From the NCBI RefSeq assembly GCF_006345805.1, contig NC_043000.1, positions 151,838,001-151,902,000 of the forward strand: DNA of 64,000 nucleotides. The letters run 5' to 3'. The position numbers and the translations under genes were made by a program. Source of the stretch: Octopus sinensis (Eukaryota). The notes under the pieces were generated by a model, which was given only the letters and a program-made list of their open reading frames with translations, was not told where the DNA came from and made no database searches. Shown piece after piece: positions 27,283 through 41,056 of the stretch. The stretch's first letter is position 1. Every line of letters starts with the position of its first letter.

Positions 27283-27504
27283 ATTTTTTGCATAATAAGA
27301 TAAAAAAAAACAAGGCTGTGTAAATATTAGAGCATTTATAGATAGTAGGTCTTTCAGCTGTTTCTAGGATATTAATTAATAATATCCCTTCATCGGAGAC
27401 GGTGTGAGAGGATAGTTAAGTCATAGTTAGTTACCGGACACCTTTGGGTCTCAATGACACCATTATCTCTTATAACCTATATATATATGTGTGTGTGTGG
27501 TGTG

Positions 27505-27554
<50 letters not shown>

Positions 27555-27558
27555 TGTG

Positions 27559-27592
<34 letters not shown>

Positions 27593-28752
27593 CACAGCAT
27601 TCTACAAAGTAATGTAGTTATGAATTTATGATACTTTCAACAACTTAGTTCCTTTAGTTGTTCTTTTAAAAAAAACATAATGATTTTTTTCTTTCTTACT
27701 GCTATGTGATGCAAAGTTGGGATATAAATTAATATCAATAAAACCCATCAGTCCACTTATAATGATTATTAAAGCTGTTGAACTGATTATATCAAAACTC
27801 ATTCAATTACAAACCTAGTTAACAACGCATTTAGATGCTTAATGTGAAAAACTTTAGACATCACGAATTATCTGGGTTTACAAAATAATTTGAATCAAAA
27901 CTGTACAAAGTAGCATATATTCAAGATATACTCGGTTATTTTTTTCTTTATCCTTTCTGTAGTGTTTACCATTCTTTGTAAACTCTGTATAACAGAACTT
28001 TATATAACAGTTATTTTTTATACTCTTAACATATCTAAATGATATTTTATACTCTTAACATATCTAAATGATATTCCCCCAAATGATTTCTCGGATTTGA
28101 TTGATTCGGATAAATTCTCGCTCACACTGCACTAAACGCAAGAAAGGTTTCCCCGATGTTCATCAACTTACCAATGCTGTAAAATCGATCATTTTGAAAT
28201 ACAAATGTAACCTTCTGAACAGAGTTTGTATTTCATATTTTCCTTCCAAGGAAAACTACATCCATTAAGCCGTCTAACTATAAAAGTATTTCAGACGAGC
28301 AAATCCAGAGATATACTTAAGGCATGTATGTATACTTAAGGCTTTTGCTTATTCATCGCCAAATATATAGTCACAATCTGTAGTCGTTGGTAAATCATAT
28401 GCTGGCCTTTCTTCTGTCATCTTCAGAAGACTTTTCTTCAAGATAGGTATTAAGATGAAACTTATAAAGTCAGATTTTTCTCTACTATTTTCTTCGTGTT
28501 GTTGGCTTAGCAGAACTTAAATTTTGCCTCTCTATGAAGAAGCGATCCAAATACTACTTTCTTATTTTGTAAATTTTATCCTGCTCAAAATACAGTGAAT
28601 CAATCGATTTCAGTTCAATCTTTTGTGGAGCCTTACATGGCGCAGCCTGTCCTTTGCAGGCATTACTTAAAAATCGTTTTTTTTTTTGTAACAGAATTTA
28701 TCCACAGACTCATTTGACTTCTCTTCTTCGAAGTATGTAATACATGCCACAT

Positions 28753-29117
28753 ATGGAGGCGCAATGGCCCAGTGGTTAGGGCAGCGGACTCGCGGTTTCG
28801 ATTCCCAGCCGGGCGTTGTGAGTGTTTATTGAGCGAAAACACCTAAAGCTCCACGATGCTCCGGCAGGGGATGGTGGTGATCCCAGCTGTACTCTTTCAC
28901 CACAACTTTCTCTCACTCTTTGTTTCTGTTGTACCTGTATTTCATAGGGCCGGCCTTGTCACTCTCTATGTCACGCTGAATATCCCCGAGAACTACGTTA
29001 AGGGTACACGTGTCTGTGGAGTGCTCAGCCACTTACACGTTAATTTCACGAGCAAACTGTTCCGTTGGTCGGATCAACCGGAACCCTCATCGTCGTAACC
29101 GACGGAGTGCTTCCACC
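28753..29117 (+). mobile_element. SINE family C
   Basis: 11-bp TSD ACATGCCACAT at 28742-28752 and 29118-29128. Confidence 0.92.
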
Positions 29118-29389
29118 ACATGCCACATGTTGCCTTCAATGTGAAGTGTCGAGATAGTCATTTGACTTTATTAAGTAGTCTAAAAACAATAATTTCATTT
29201 TTCACAGGTTTCTGCAATTTCTTTAAACATGCATCAAGAGAAAACAGTATCAATTGTTCTCATCTAAGTTTCAGAGTTTCTTATTAAATTTATTTTTTTC
29301 CTACATTTCACATATCCCAAGCTCTTCACTGTAAGTTACACAATGTTGTTGGACTAAGTGTGGACTGCCTTCTTTCAGTCTTCCTATGA

Positions 29390-29624
29390 TACCTATTTCT
29401 TTATTACCCACAAGGGGCTAAACACAGAGGGGACAAACAAGGACAGACATAGGTATTAAGTCGATTACATCGACCCCAGTGCGTAGCTGGTACTTAATTT
29501 ATCGACCCCGAAAGGATGAAAGGCAAAGTCGACCTCGGCAGAATTTGAACTCACAACTTAACGGCAGACGAAATACCGCTAAGCATTTCGCCCGGCGTGC
29601 TAACGTTTCTGCCAGCTCGCCGTC
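29390..29624 (-). mobile_element. SINE family A monomer, tail 2, with 3' read-through bases
   Basis: 16-bp TSD TTCAGTCTTCCTATGA at 29374-29389 and 29625-29640. Confidence 0.92.
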
Positions 29625-29719
29625 TTCAGTCTTCCTATGACACCATTAACTCTGCCCGACATCACTGACGCTCTAGCAGACACAAACATCACCTTTTATG
29701 GTGATGTTTGAAAGGTTTT

Positions 29720-29990
29720 GTTGCCTGAGCTTCGCACCTCGGCCAAATGCGATTAATTTAGCAAATAATGCCTTAAAAAGTCAAATTTTCTAAATATCTT
29801 CCCACTTGTTTTTACAAACAAATTCTTCAGCAACTTCCGTATCACAAAAACACAAACAGAGAACTCCACTCTCAGAATCACACATAAATATTTCTCGTAG
29901 CTGAATGCTGATGCCTTCATAGGCTTTCGATAAAACAGTTTTGCACAATTTCGTGAAGCCATTTAACTTCAAAACAACTTGGACTTCTCT
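29720..29990 (-). pseudogene. Decayed hAT-like transposase N-terminal zinc-finger fragment
   Basis: Stitched frames read DSESGVLCLCFCDTEVAEEFVCKNKWEDI-KFDFLRHYLLN-SHL, resembling the WK.D.LKRH..S..H zinc finger of hAT-derived proteins (from recall). Confidence 0.45.
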
Positions 29991-31047
29991 CGCTCTTCAC
30001 TCCTTCCCATTCTTTTGATTACGAAGTGATTCGTTGTATTTTCCAATAAAAAACTTGTAAACTATCAACAGAATTTGAAAGCTCTTCGAAAGCTTTATGT
30101 TCCGGACACTGTCCACCGAACATGGCCGCAGCTTTGTTGCCACTGCACAAACTGAAACGGGAAAGGTAACATAAATTAGTGATGTCCGACTAATTAACCA
30201 AAACAGCTTGTTAAGAGATATTCCCAATACGTATAACACTTAATTACCACATTATTTCAAGCAGCTAATCTCTTATGTACGAGTTGCAAAATGTGTATGT
30301 GCCCACGCGCACAGCACAACCGGAACATTGTAATAAACATTTATAAAAGAAAATAAATATTAACGGTGTCAAACATATTTCATTGTAAGAACCCGGTGAG
30401 TTTCTTGGGGTGGGGGGTGGGGCCTAAGGGTCCTTTATTCCTTTACAGACAAAATGAATTAAGTGGATCGGGTGCGGTGAGGGGACAAAATAATATTTTG
30501 CTGTGTGGGTTGCGCATAGGGTGAGTGTCCGCCGTCTGTTAAAAACGTAAAACTGGAAGAAAAGATTGTGGAGGTGTTAAAAGATTTTAGACGTGTCAAA
30601 CTTAACGTTAATCATATTATAAATTAAGTTTCTTTAAAATGGTAACAATAATAACTTGTATTTGTTTTTGCTACAATCATTTCAGAATGGGAAATACAAA
30701 AAGATTTTTTTTTTCTTTTTTAATTTAGTTATTTTTTTTTTTAATTATTATTATTTTTTTCTTTTTTTTTAGGCTTTTGGGGATTTTTTTTTCTTTGCCA
30801 TTTGTAACCAGATTAAAAGAATTTCTTTTTTTTTTGAAATGTTCAGAAATTTGAATCTCATACAGTCTTACTTCCACATCATCTAATTTCCGCAAGGAAA
30901 GAAAAAAAAAGAAACAAAAGGAAAATAAAAATAAAACATATATTCATACAATATTTTCACCCTTAAAATGCATGAATCTGCAATATATTCGTCCTTTCAA
31001 AGACTAATTAAAACTGTTAGCTGCACACACACACACACACACACATA

Positions 31048-31119
<72 letters not shown>

Positions 31120-31249
31120 CTTTCGTCATTTCCTTTCCATGCTGCAGAGCTTATAAGACCGTCCTTGGACTGCTCCAGTAGCATATCGGATGCTTTTTTT
31201 TAATTTTTGCTTTTCATGAGAAAAGCTTGTTAGTCCTTCAGTCAAATCC

Positions 31250-32275
31250 TTACCATTCCACAAGAGATACTGTGAGTGGTCTCCCACGATTCTCCTTAAT
31301 GTACAACGAAACCGATTCCGGTTGGAGTTGCAATGTATATCCGGAAAGATGTCACGCCTGTAGTCCCGATATCTCACTAAAACTCAGTATGTGTTACTCA
31401 GTATGTGGTAATATGTGCTACATATCGCCCACCAGATGCTCCAAATCATGAGGACTCATTCGAAGAGAGCCTCAGAAAGATGGAGGTACCTAGATGACAC
31501 CCTTTACATACTTTTTCTAAGAGACTTCAACGTCCCTAAACTCGAATGGCCTGAGGACCACCTTCCCTCAGGTATGTCACTGCATAAACAGAAGCAAGCA
31601 GAGTCTGCTCGACCTCACAAATAAGTTCTTTATGGAACAAATAGTGCTCCATACAACAAGGCGTAAAAATGTTCTCGACCTCTGCTTTACAAATAACATG
31701 GCGCTCATCCATAATGTTAAGGTGACACCGACTCGGACCATAACTTAATAGAACTAACAATGTGCGGTCCGCAGAAAACTGCAGATATACAAGCTACTAA
31801 AAGCACCCAACTTCTCTCCAGCCTGAACTTTCATAAAACTGATAGGAAGGGTATTCAGAAAGAGGTCATGGAATAAAGCTGGTCTTCCAGTCTCTACGCA
31901 AGATATTAGACATAAAGCTACAGCACTTTATCACAATCATGCGTGACATATGCAGTACGTTTTCGCCAGAGGGAATGTCAAACCGATAGAAAAACACAAT
32001 TCCCAGGGATAGACAGATTCTAATGAGACGACGAGCAAAAAATCTCAAACCGTCTGAATGGGACACTAAAGGGTTACGAAGAATCCTATTGCAAGCAAAC
32101 AATGCTTAAGATCGAAAATGAACTCAAACACTCACATGAAAGGAGAGGTCACAGAAGGAAGCCAGAGCTGTAAAATAAAATGTAACAATAAAACTTAAAG
32201 CCTTCTATAGATTTGAAAAAGGGTCTACTTTAGTACGGTACAAGATAGGGTCACTATTCGAAGTAAGATAAAAAG
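31250..32275 (+). mobile_element. CR1-clade LINE ORF2 fragment (APE endonuclease C-terminal half and linker), decayed
   Basis: Stitched motifs GVAMYIRK, YRPPDAPNHEDSFEE, RDFNVPKLEW, TTRRKNVLDLCFTNN, SDHNLIELT, NFHKTD, IPRDRQILMRRR, KAFYRF. Confidence 0.85.
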
Positions 32276-32330
32276 CAGAAGGTACATACATACATACATA
32301 CATACATACATACATACATACATACATACA

Positions 32331-32757
32331 TGGTGGCTGCCCCCTCGTTATCGAGTATGGCCATTGCACGAAGCTTAATCAATGTTGTTATCGTGCAATG
32401 CCTGTGCAAGAAGATTTTTTTTTAAGTGAGGAAAGGCTGTGCACTGAGTCAATCCCACTCACTAAGCAACAGCAGCCATAATCCGAAAAGAAGAACAAGT
32501 CAACATCATCGGTAACCACTGAGCCGCAGTTTTATGTCGGAGTTATCCCAGTTACCTGAGTTACCTTCTAGAAGGATGCCCTAACAAAGGCTAGGAGACC
32601 TTCACTCCCAATGGTTTAACCGCGCGATCGGGTATTCAGTCCGATTATTTCTATGTCCCCGCGCATGAGACAGCCTTAAGACATTTATTGGATGGCCGTT
32701 GACTCTCAAGAGTTCCTCCGCCCTTTGACGGGTTTTGTTTTTCATCCCGCAGGGTGT
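32331..32757. mobile_element. ~430-bp GC-richer retroposon-like island (RTE 5' UTR-like) inside (CATA)n
   Basis: Flanked on both sides by (CATA)n; CCCAGTTACCTGAGTTACCTTCT resembles RTE 5' UTRs as I recall them. Confidence 0.4.
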
Positions 32758-33272
32758 CATACATACATACATACATACATACATACATACATACATACAT
32801 AGTGGAAGAGGAAAAAATGACTACACTCATCATCGCTGGGGACCACATGAAAATATGTGATAACATGTAAGCGACTATCAAAATCTGTTTGTATACAGCT
32901 GCTCTTGTTCTGAAAGAACATTTAAATGATATTTGATGCGCACATAGTAATGAAATAGCGTAAGCCACCCAATGCTTTATATCAATGCTATGCCATTATT
33001 TTCTGTTCTACACGATGAAAGCTATAAATGTCAAAGTATTAACGAAAATACTTCCTTTAAAGGTGAGGTAGACAAAAATAGAGTGATTGCAGTATTTTAG
33101 CAGACTTTAAACATTATGGCAATTCCTACTCTTACAATAATAATATTCATTAATTGCCTTTTTCTGCACCAATACAGATACCAATTTTCGGGATACTTAA
33201 TTGCTCTATAAAGAAAATAGAGAAAGGGAAGATGGAAAGGAGAAAAAGTTATGTTGCGAGAGAAATACAGTG

Positions 33273-33317
<45 letters not shown>

Positions 33318-33336
33318 TATAGATAGATAGATAGAT

Positions 33337-33368
<32 letters not shown>

Positions 33369-33475
33369 TAGAGAGAGAGAGATAGAGAGAGAGAGAGAGT
33401 GTTTCAACATATAGACAACGCAACACATTAAAAAAAAGGACTTTCACTTTGAACAATTTATGAAGGTACATGCAT

Positions 33476-33888
33476 ACTCTTTTACTCTTTTACTTGTTTC
33501 AGTCATTTGACTGCGGCCATGCTGGAGCACCGCCTTTAGTCGAGCAAATCGACCCCGGGACTTATTCTTTGTAAGCCCAGTACTTATTCTATCGGTCTCT
33601 TTTGCCGAACCGCTAAGTGACGGGGACGTAAACACACCAGCATCGGTTGTCAAGCAATGCTGGGGGGACAAACACAGACACACAAACATACATGCACACA
33701 TATATATATATATATATACATATATACGACAGGCTTCTTTCAGTTTCCGTCTACCAAATCCACTCACAAGGCATTGGTCGGCCCGGGGCTATAGCAGAAG
33801 ACACTTGCCCAAGATGCCACGCAGTGGGACTGAACCCGGAACCATGTGGTCGATTAGCAAGCTACTTACCACACAGCCACTCCTGCAT
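33476..33888 (-). mobile_element. Full-length SINE family B
   Basis: Near-identical to 16122-16531. Confidence 0.9.
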
Positions 33889-34478
33889 GGTTAACAATTT
33901 AATTGTTTTCATCGGCAGCGCAGCGACGGATGACGACCTTGTATTAACAAAAAGTGTAGCCGTCTTTTCGGCTTTTGACTGTTATATCGCGTCACATTTC
34001 GAAATTATTATTTGCAATACCAGGGCAAGAGATAGCTACAAATAACTATTGAACAAAAAAGAGATAGTGAACCTCTTAAGCTCCCAAGATGCAACCGAAA
34101 ATTTTGCATTTCTGTGGAAGATCTAGAACAACCCCAAACTATCGTTAATGTAATGCTTTCTAAATGTAGTGTGATATTACTATTAAAAAATAATAATACA
34201 AAGTTATCCGTAGGAAAGACTAGTTTCCGTGTTCGATACGTATCAATACAAGGATGATATTAGTGGAGGAACATCCATTAAAACTTCTGTCAAATGCAGT
34301 ATTAGAGGCCTTATATAATTCTTTGGGGTAAAAATAAAATCTTAAATACTGTAATAGAAGCAAAATGCCTTATAGAGGGAACATTTTTTACAAAATCTTT
34401 AAGAAGGATATTTATGAGCAAAAGTTTCAAAAAGTAGAATTTTCCTTCCGTAGTATAAATTCACATTTATATTATAAA

Positions 34479-34876
34479 CTAGCAGTATCGCCCGGCGTTG
34501 CTCGGGTTTGTTTCGACCCTTTTGAATTGGAATTTTTGAAAAGTAAAAATTTTTCATTATAAAGCTTGTTATTCTCTTTAAGTGAATATTTTTCTGGTTG
34601 AAATACTCCGAAAAATGGCGACACAGCAGTCAAAAAATCGTAAAAAATATGGATTTTCATAGAAAAAAAGCACATTCTTGATGTAAATAAGTTTTGGTGT
34701 TAACATGGTCCGATTTGAATTTTTTTTCTTCTACGGAAGGAAGAGCAAGGCTTCTTCTATCATACCCTCAATTTTGGTCAACTTGCGCCGCAGGGTCTCG
34801 GAGGAGAAAATGTTAGTTGAAGGCTACCAAACCTGCCACACAAACACAGACAACTTCAGCTTTATATAAAGAGAGA
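34479..34876 (-). mobile_element. Non-autonomous Helitron, internal type I
   Basis: 5' TC, 3' hairpin CCCGAGCAACGCCGGG and CTAG, inserted between A and T, no TSD. Confidence 0.85.
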
Positions 34877-35879
34877 TGTAGATGCATTTTCCTAAGTTGG
34901 GAAATATATCTCAGTGACAATCTCGGGAATGACCATCTAACATGAACTGGGCAAATACAATCTATAACCATAAAAGTAAGAATATGCAAACATTTCTAAG
35001 TTCAACAGGTGATTCTTCGTCATTGTTGTCTACATTCTATCGATGAATTTTTGTTTATTTGGTTAAAAAACTTCAACTTTTTTATGAGAAGAATTCAAAC
35101 AATTCAAAAAGATAACAAATACATACACATATACAAACACGTATACATACATAGGTTTGTAGGTAAATAATTAAGGGTGTAGAAAACAAAGAGGAATGAG
35201 ATAAAGAGATTATATATTTATATACAGAGAGAGAGAGAGAGAAAGAGGCATACGTACATACATACATACATACATACATACGTACGTACGTACATACATA
35301 CATACGTACGTACGTACATATATGATATGTTTATAAACGAATGCAAGCATTTCCTGAAACACTCCAACTTAAGTAGATTCCAGAAAAACAACAACTCCAG
35401 CAACAACAACCACAATATGAACAACGAAGAAACCTGCATATTTCCCTACTTCTGGCATAAGACAACGAATATGGAAGGCGGAGATAGACAAGGAGAAAAA
35501 TGATTGCGTTTATCCATAAAAGTACAAAACGCAATTGAAAAATACGTAAATATTTTTGTTGGATGTTTGGATAAAATTAATTTTCTTCTTCTTCTTATTC
35601 TTTTTTTTTTTGTTTGTTTTCGGGGATAATTTGTTTCCTTCTTCTGAAATGCTATACGACATTGTTTGTACAAATAGAATTAGTTCTAAAACAATCCTCT
35701 GCCCTCCACCCCCACCAGTATTCTTCTATCCTTTGTACCTCTCATTCATATACGCTCTCAACATCCAGCACACCCCCTACATACACATAAACCCACCCAC
35801 ACACACACTCTCTCACTCTCACTCTCTCTCCCGCGCACTCTCTCTCTTCCTCTGTCTCACACTCTCTACATATATATCT

Positions 35880-36334
35880 GTGTATGTATGTATATGTATG
35901 TATGTATGTTTGTATGTATGTATGTTGTGTATACATACGTATGTATATATATATATCTGTGTATGTATGTATATGTATGTACGTATGTTTGTATGTATGT
36001 ATGTATGTTGTGTATACATACGTATGTATATATATATATATACACATGTATATATAAACATACATACATACCTATGTATATGTATATGTATATATACACT
36101 CAGATATATAAACAGACACATATATATAGCGAATATGTATACATACATACATATGTGCATACAACCATACAAACAAACAAACACATACATACATACACAC
36201 TCACACATACACACACACACATACATACATACATACGTACATACATACATACATACATACATACATACATACATACATACACACACACACATACATACAT
36301 ACACACACACAAACACACACACACACACACCACA

Positions 36335-36371
<37 letters not shown>

Positions 36372-36380
36372 TACATACAT
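35880..36380. repeat. Compound TATG/TA/CATA/CA microsatellite block
   Basis: Read directly from the sequence. Confidence 0.9.
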
Positions 36381-36787
36381 ATTTCATATATTCTGTGTCG
36401 GCCAGCCTTCTGTTTTCGGAGTGTTTACTTTGATTTAACTTATCAAGGAACAGTTTTATGTAAATTCCGTGCTTACATAACTTTCTTCAGAACAAGACAT
36501 TCTGCTGTTCAAATCATATTAGCGAAATAACGCAGTTGTTAAGCCATCGCTTGCAGCAATCTATTATATACATAGAAGGAAATGGCGTTGAGCTTCTTTA
36601 ACAAACACGTTCTTATTTACGAGAGTTCTTATCGCTGAGTTTACTAATTATGAGACACGTGTACCCATCACATCTCTTTCTGCAAATATTCTTTCTCCCC
36701 TTTCCTCTGCTTCTATATATATATATACACACACGTTTGTGTGTGCGTGTCTTGTATGTATGAATATCATATTAGAATTAGAGACGT

Positions 36788-37060
36788 AGGCATGGCCGTG
36801 TGGTGAGAAGCTTGCTTCCCAACCACAAGGGTCCGGGTACAGTCCCACTCCGCGGCACCCTTGGTGCAAGTGCCTCCTACAATATGCTCGGGCTGACCAA
36901 AGACTTGGGAGTGGATTTGGCAGACGAAAACTGAAAGATACTCGTCATGTGTGTGTGTGTGTGTGTGTGTGCATATAATGTATGTATATATTCTTTTATT
37001 CTTTTATATGTTTCAGCCTTGAGGCTGCGGCCATGCTGGGGCATCGCCTGTGTAATCACC
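36788..37060. mobile_element. Diverged family B-related SINE pieces (5' half on +, tail on -)
   Basis: Head GGCCGTGTGGTGAGAAGCTTGCTTCCCAACCAC; inverted tail CTGCGGCCATGCTGGGGCA. Confidence 0.55.
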
Positions 37061-37849
37061 TTTTAATTGGCCAATTCTATGTGACTGACTTTTGGTGGAG
37101 AGAGTTCGATACCGCAGCTCCCTTTTGATTTCCAGCCCTATTGGCTCATCTGGGATATATACATACATATATATATATAAGCCAATAGGGCATGAAATCA
37201 AAAGAAACACGATTTCAAAGCTGTCATTTTGTGCGTGACTGCACATTTTGTCAACATCCTGAAAATAGCACTTGTGTTTTGATATGAAACCACAGAATTA
37301 CGCACGATATATAACCCCCTTTTTTTATTTTTCGGAGTTTTCGGGAAATTTTTGTTAATTTGAATTCTACACGTGGGACTTCATACGATTATGCCCTCCA
37401 AAAAACATTGTAGTGGAGTGTGATTTAAGGCCTAGGCCTATTTGGCTGAATCTCAATAACTGGGACAAAAAATATTCGATCGATAAATAAGTTCGTGTTT
37501 TTGATACAAAAGGACATCTCATGAGAGTGCATCCTTATTCTAGGCATGCTTAGATATCAGTAAATGCAGGCTTAATTTCTAAAAATTCATTGTCACCCAC
37601 AAAATGTTCATATCGCCCGCCAAAATCTCATATCGCTCACCATTTTCTAGAAATTCGCCCATCGCCCATCTGTAAGCTGAAATCGCCCACGTTGGGAAGC
37701 TATGCTCTAAAGGAACACTCGATGAGTCTTGAATCAAAAGTACCACTCAAAACCCTGTGTATAACCTAAAGAATTTTGTGAAAAGCCTGTAGAAATATTT
37801 CGAAGTTCTCAGTAGCAAATTGGTCATCTTTTATATATAAATATATATA

Positions 37850-38238
37850 CCGTAAATCCTCGAGTATAATCCGTACTTTTTTCCCAAAATTTAAAGGTCA
37901 AAATCCCTAGTTCGTACTATATACGAGGTTAAAAATAAAAATTAATCATCCATAACTTGCAGAATGCAACATTTATTAAATGTTATTACTGTCATTTCTT
38001 TATTTTCTGCAAACGAAATGCACAAAAAAGCTACACGTTTGCATTATGTTATATATACAATAATAATAAAGGACGTTACCGTATACATTGCAAACCAAGG
38101 ACCTTATATAGACCTCCATGACTCAAGTTAGAGAAGGGGTGCGTATTATACACAAGGTTTAGGTTTTTCAGAGGTACAGCCCCTTAAAAATCCCTTGCGT
38201 ATTATACTCAAGGGCGGACTATACTCGAGGACTTATGG
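37850..38238. mobile_element. Tc1/mariner (pogo/Tigger-like) MITE
   Basis: 19-bp TIRs CCGTAAATCCTCGAGTATA / TATACTCGAGGACTTATGG (17/19 match), TA TSD, subterminal GCGTATTATAC repeats. Confidence 0.8.
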
Positions 38239-38645
38239 TATATATATATATATATATATAATATATATATTTTTTTTTTTTTTTTTTTTTTGCATGTTTA
38301 TTAGAATTTACCAGCGAACATATATATTCATGTTCGCTGAACATGAATAAATTCGATGAAGCCTTTTTTTAGACGGACCCACCCAGCTGGCTACCCGTGG
38401 TCGTCAGCACCACACGCTTTAAACCAGTGGTTCTTAACCGGGGTTCACATGGCTGTTGAAATTTATGAGCAATAAATCAGTTATCCTTCTACAATGCACA
38501 AAACATTTCAACAATTAGTAATGAATGAAACGAAGCATTAATTAGAAATGGAAAACAATTACAGTTTGATAGAAATTCGTTGAATGTGTATTTTTCTTTT
38601 TCTCTTTCTCTGGACGTCGACGGTGATGATAATTTATCAGTCAGT

Positions 38646-38683
<38 letters not shown>

Positions 38684-38896
38684 ATGTGTGTGTGTGTGTG
38701 TGTTTCCTAGTGATAAGAGTGTTCGATTCATGGTTACAGAGTGAGTCTTGAGTTCAATTCTTTCGCGAGGCGGTGTGCTAAATCATTTACACTGTAAGGA
38801 GAACCAAGCAGGTGCTAGCGCAGCCGTCATTGTCACATCGTAGATTGAAACCTAAAACAATTAGCGAAAGCATGGTACATGTTACCTGTTCATATT

Positions 38897-39477
38897 CTCT
38901 TCTACTCTAGGCACAAGGTTGGAAATTTGGGGAGAGGGGCCTAGTCGATTATATCGACCCCAGTGCGTAACTGGTACTTATTTAATCGACCCCGAAAGGA
39001 TGAAAGGCAAAGTCGACCTCGGCGGAAATTGAACTCAGAAAGTAGCAGCAGACGAAATACCTGTTTCTTTACTACCCACAAGGGGCTAAACACAGGGGAA
39101 ACAAAGAAGGACAGACAAACGGATTAAGTCGATTACATCGACCCCAGTGTGCAATTGGTACTTAATTTGTCGACCCCGAAAGGATGAAAGGCAAAGTCGA
39201 CCTCGGTGGAATTTGAACTCAGAAGGTAGCGGCAGACGAAATACCTATTTCTTTACTACCCACAAGGGGCTAAACACAGGGGAAACAAAGAAGGACAGAC
39301 AAACGGATTAAGTCGATTATATCGACCCAGTGCGTAACTGGTACTTAATTTATCGACCCCGAAAGGATGAAAGGCAAAGTCGACCTCGGCGGAATTTGAA
39401 TTCAGAACGTAACGGCGGACGAAATACGGCTACGCATTTCGCCCGGCGTGCTAACGAGTCTGCCAGCTCGCCGCCTA
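38897..39477 (-). mobile_element. SINE family A trimer (tail2-tail2-tail1)
   Basis: 15-bp TSD TTACCTGTTCATATT at 38882-38896 and 39478-39492; junctions at 39060/61 and 39244/45. Confidence 0.92.
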
Positions 39478-39714
39478 TTACCTGTTCATATTTGCCCGCG
39501 AGTAACGCCTGGCTGTACAGAGAGAGGGGACGGGGGATAAAGAGTTGTCTGATTGGTTTCCAATATCTTAATATTCATCAAGGATCTCTTATCCTAATTT
39601 CATCTCCATCAGATAAGATGAACAAATAATTATTTAATGTAGTTCTTTTTTTAATTAATGCTTTTCATTAGAGTTATAATTCTCATGGAAAACACGAACA
39701 AACTTTTAGTCCTT

Positions 39715-39943
39715 TCTATTACAGACACAAGACCCGAGATTCTGGGGGCTGTGTCTAGTCGATTACATTGACCCCCAATGATCAACTGGTACTTATTTCA
39801 TTGACCCTGAAATAACGAAAGGCAAAGTCGACCTCGGTGGAATTTAAACTCAGAACAAGTTTCGGTTTTGATTGAATTTTCCCGGACGAAATACTGTAAA
39901 ACATTTTGTCCGGCCTGCTGAAGATTCTGCCAGCTCGTCGCCT
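39715..39943 (-). mobile_element. Diverged SINE family A, tail 1
   Basis: Core and head motifs are recognisable. Confidence 0.7.
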
Positions 39944-39971
39944 TCGAGAAACTATTAATGACGAGGAAAAT

Positions 39972-40205
39972 AAGGCAGTGAGCTTGTAGAATCGTTAGCA
40001 CGCCGGGCGAAATGCTTAGCAGTATTTCGTCTGTCGTTACGTTCCGAGTTCAAATTCCGCCGAGGTCGACTTTGGCTTTCATCCTTTCGGGGTCGATAAA
40101 TTAAGTACCAGTTAAGCACTGGGGGTCGATATAATCGACTTAATCCGTTTGTCTGTCCTTGTTTGTCCTCTCTGTGTTTAGCCCCTTGTGGGTAGTAAAG
40201 AAATA
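39972..40205 (+). mobile_element. SINE family A monomer, tail 2
   Basis: TSD TATTAATGACGA(A)GGAAAAT at 39953-39971 and 40206-40225. Confidence 0.9.
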
Positions 40206-40661
40206 TATTAATGACGAAGGAAAATTTACAAAATGGTGTAAGGTTGACATCCGAGATAATTGACAAAAGAAATAATATTGCGTGCTTATGAATGAATAAT
40301 GAATGCTTAAGCAGAATTGTTTATTAAATATGAATTTATAAAAATACAAAACAAGTCGGACAATCCTCGCTGTTGGTAATCGAAACTCTTGTAGTTTATC
40401 TACAGTGACGCTATGTTTATTAAGCATATTGTTTGTAAATTCTGAATACACATACATAACTCCGATGTGTTGAGCTGTATACACACACGTTCACACATCA
40501 TTCATTTTTTTTCTTAAACAGTTCACACCCAATGTGAGATAGAACGAATGACTATATTAAAGATTTAAGTCGACCATGAGAGTAAGTGGTCAGTATCAAA
40601 TTTCAACACGATATCTGGATAGTATTTGAACTGAAGACTATGCCAATGTTTTTAACTGTGA

Positions 40662-41056
40662 CTAGAAGTATCGCCCGGCGTTGCTCGGGTTTGTTTTCAA
40701 CCCTTTAGAATTGGAATTTTTAAAAAGTAAAAATTTTGCATTATGTAGCTTGTTATTCTCTTTAAGTGAACATTTTTCTGGTTGAAATACACCGTAAAAT
40801 GGCGGCACAGCAGTCAAAAACTCGCAAAAAATTGGGATTTTTATAGAAAAAAAATCACCTTTTTGATGCAAATAATTTTTGGTGTTAACATGGTCCGATT
40901 TGAATTTTTTTTTCTTCTACAGAAGGAAGAGCAAGCCTTCTTCTATCATAATCTCAATTTTGGTTAACTTGCGCCGCAGGGTCTCGGAGGAGATAGTGTT
41001 AGTTGAAGGCTACCAAACCTGCCATACACAGACAACTTCAGCTTTATATATATAGA
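40662..41056 (-). mobile_element. Non-autonomous Helitron, internal type I
   Basis: Same ends and interior as 34479-34876; A|TC...CTAG|T. Confidence 0.85.

Noticed and set aside
28300-28740. Codon-like minus-strand segment
   Set aside because: It has several stops and no motif I can recognise.
37560-37710. hAT-like terminus (minus strand TAGAGCATAGCTTCCCAAC) and CAGTGGTTCTTAACC at ~38427
   Set aside because: They are isolated ends with no matching partner or 8-bp TSD, too weak to call an element.
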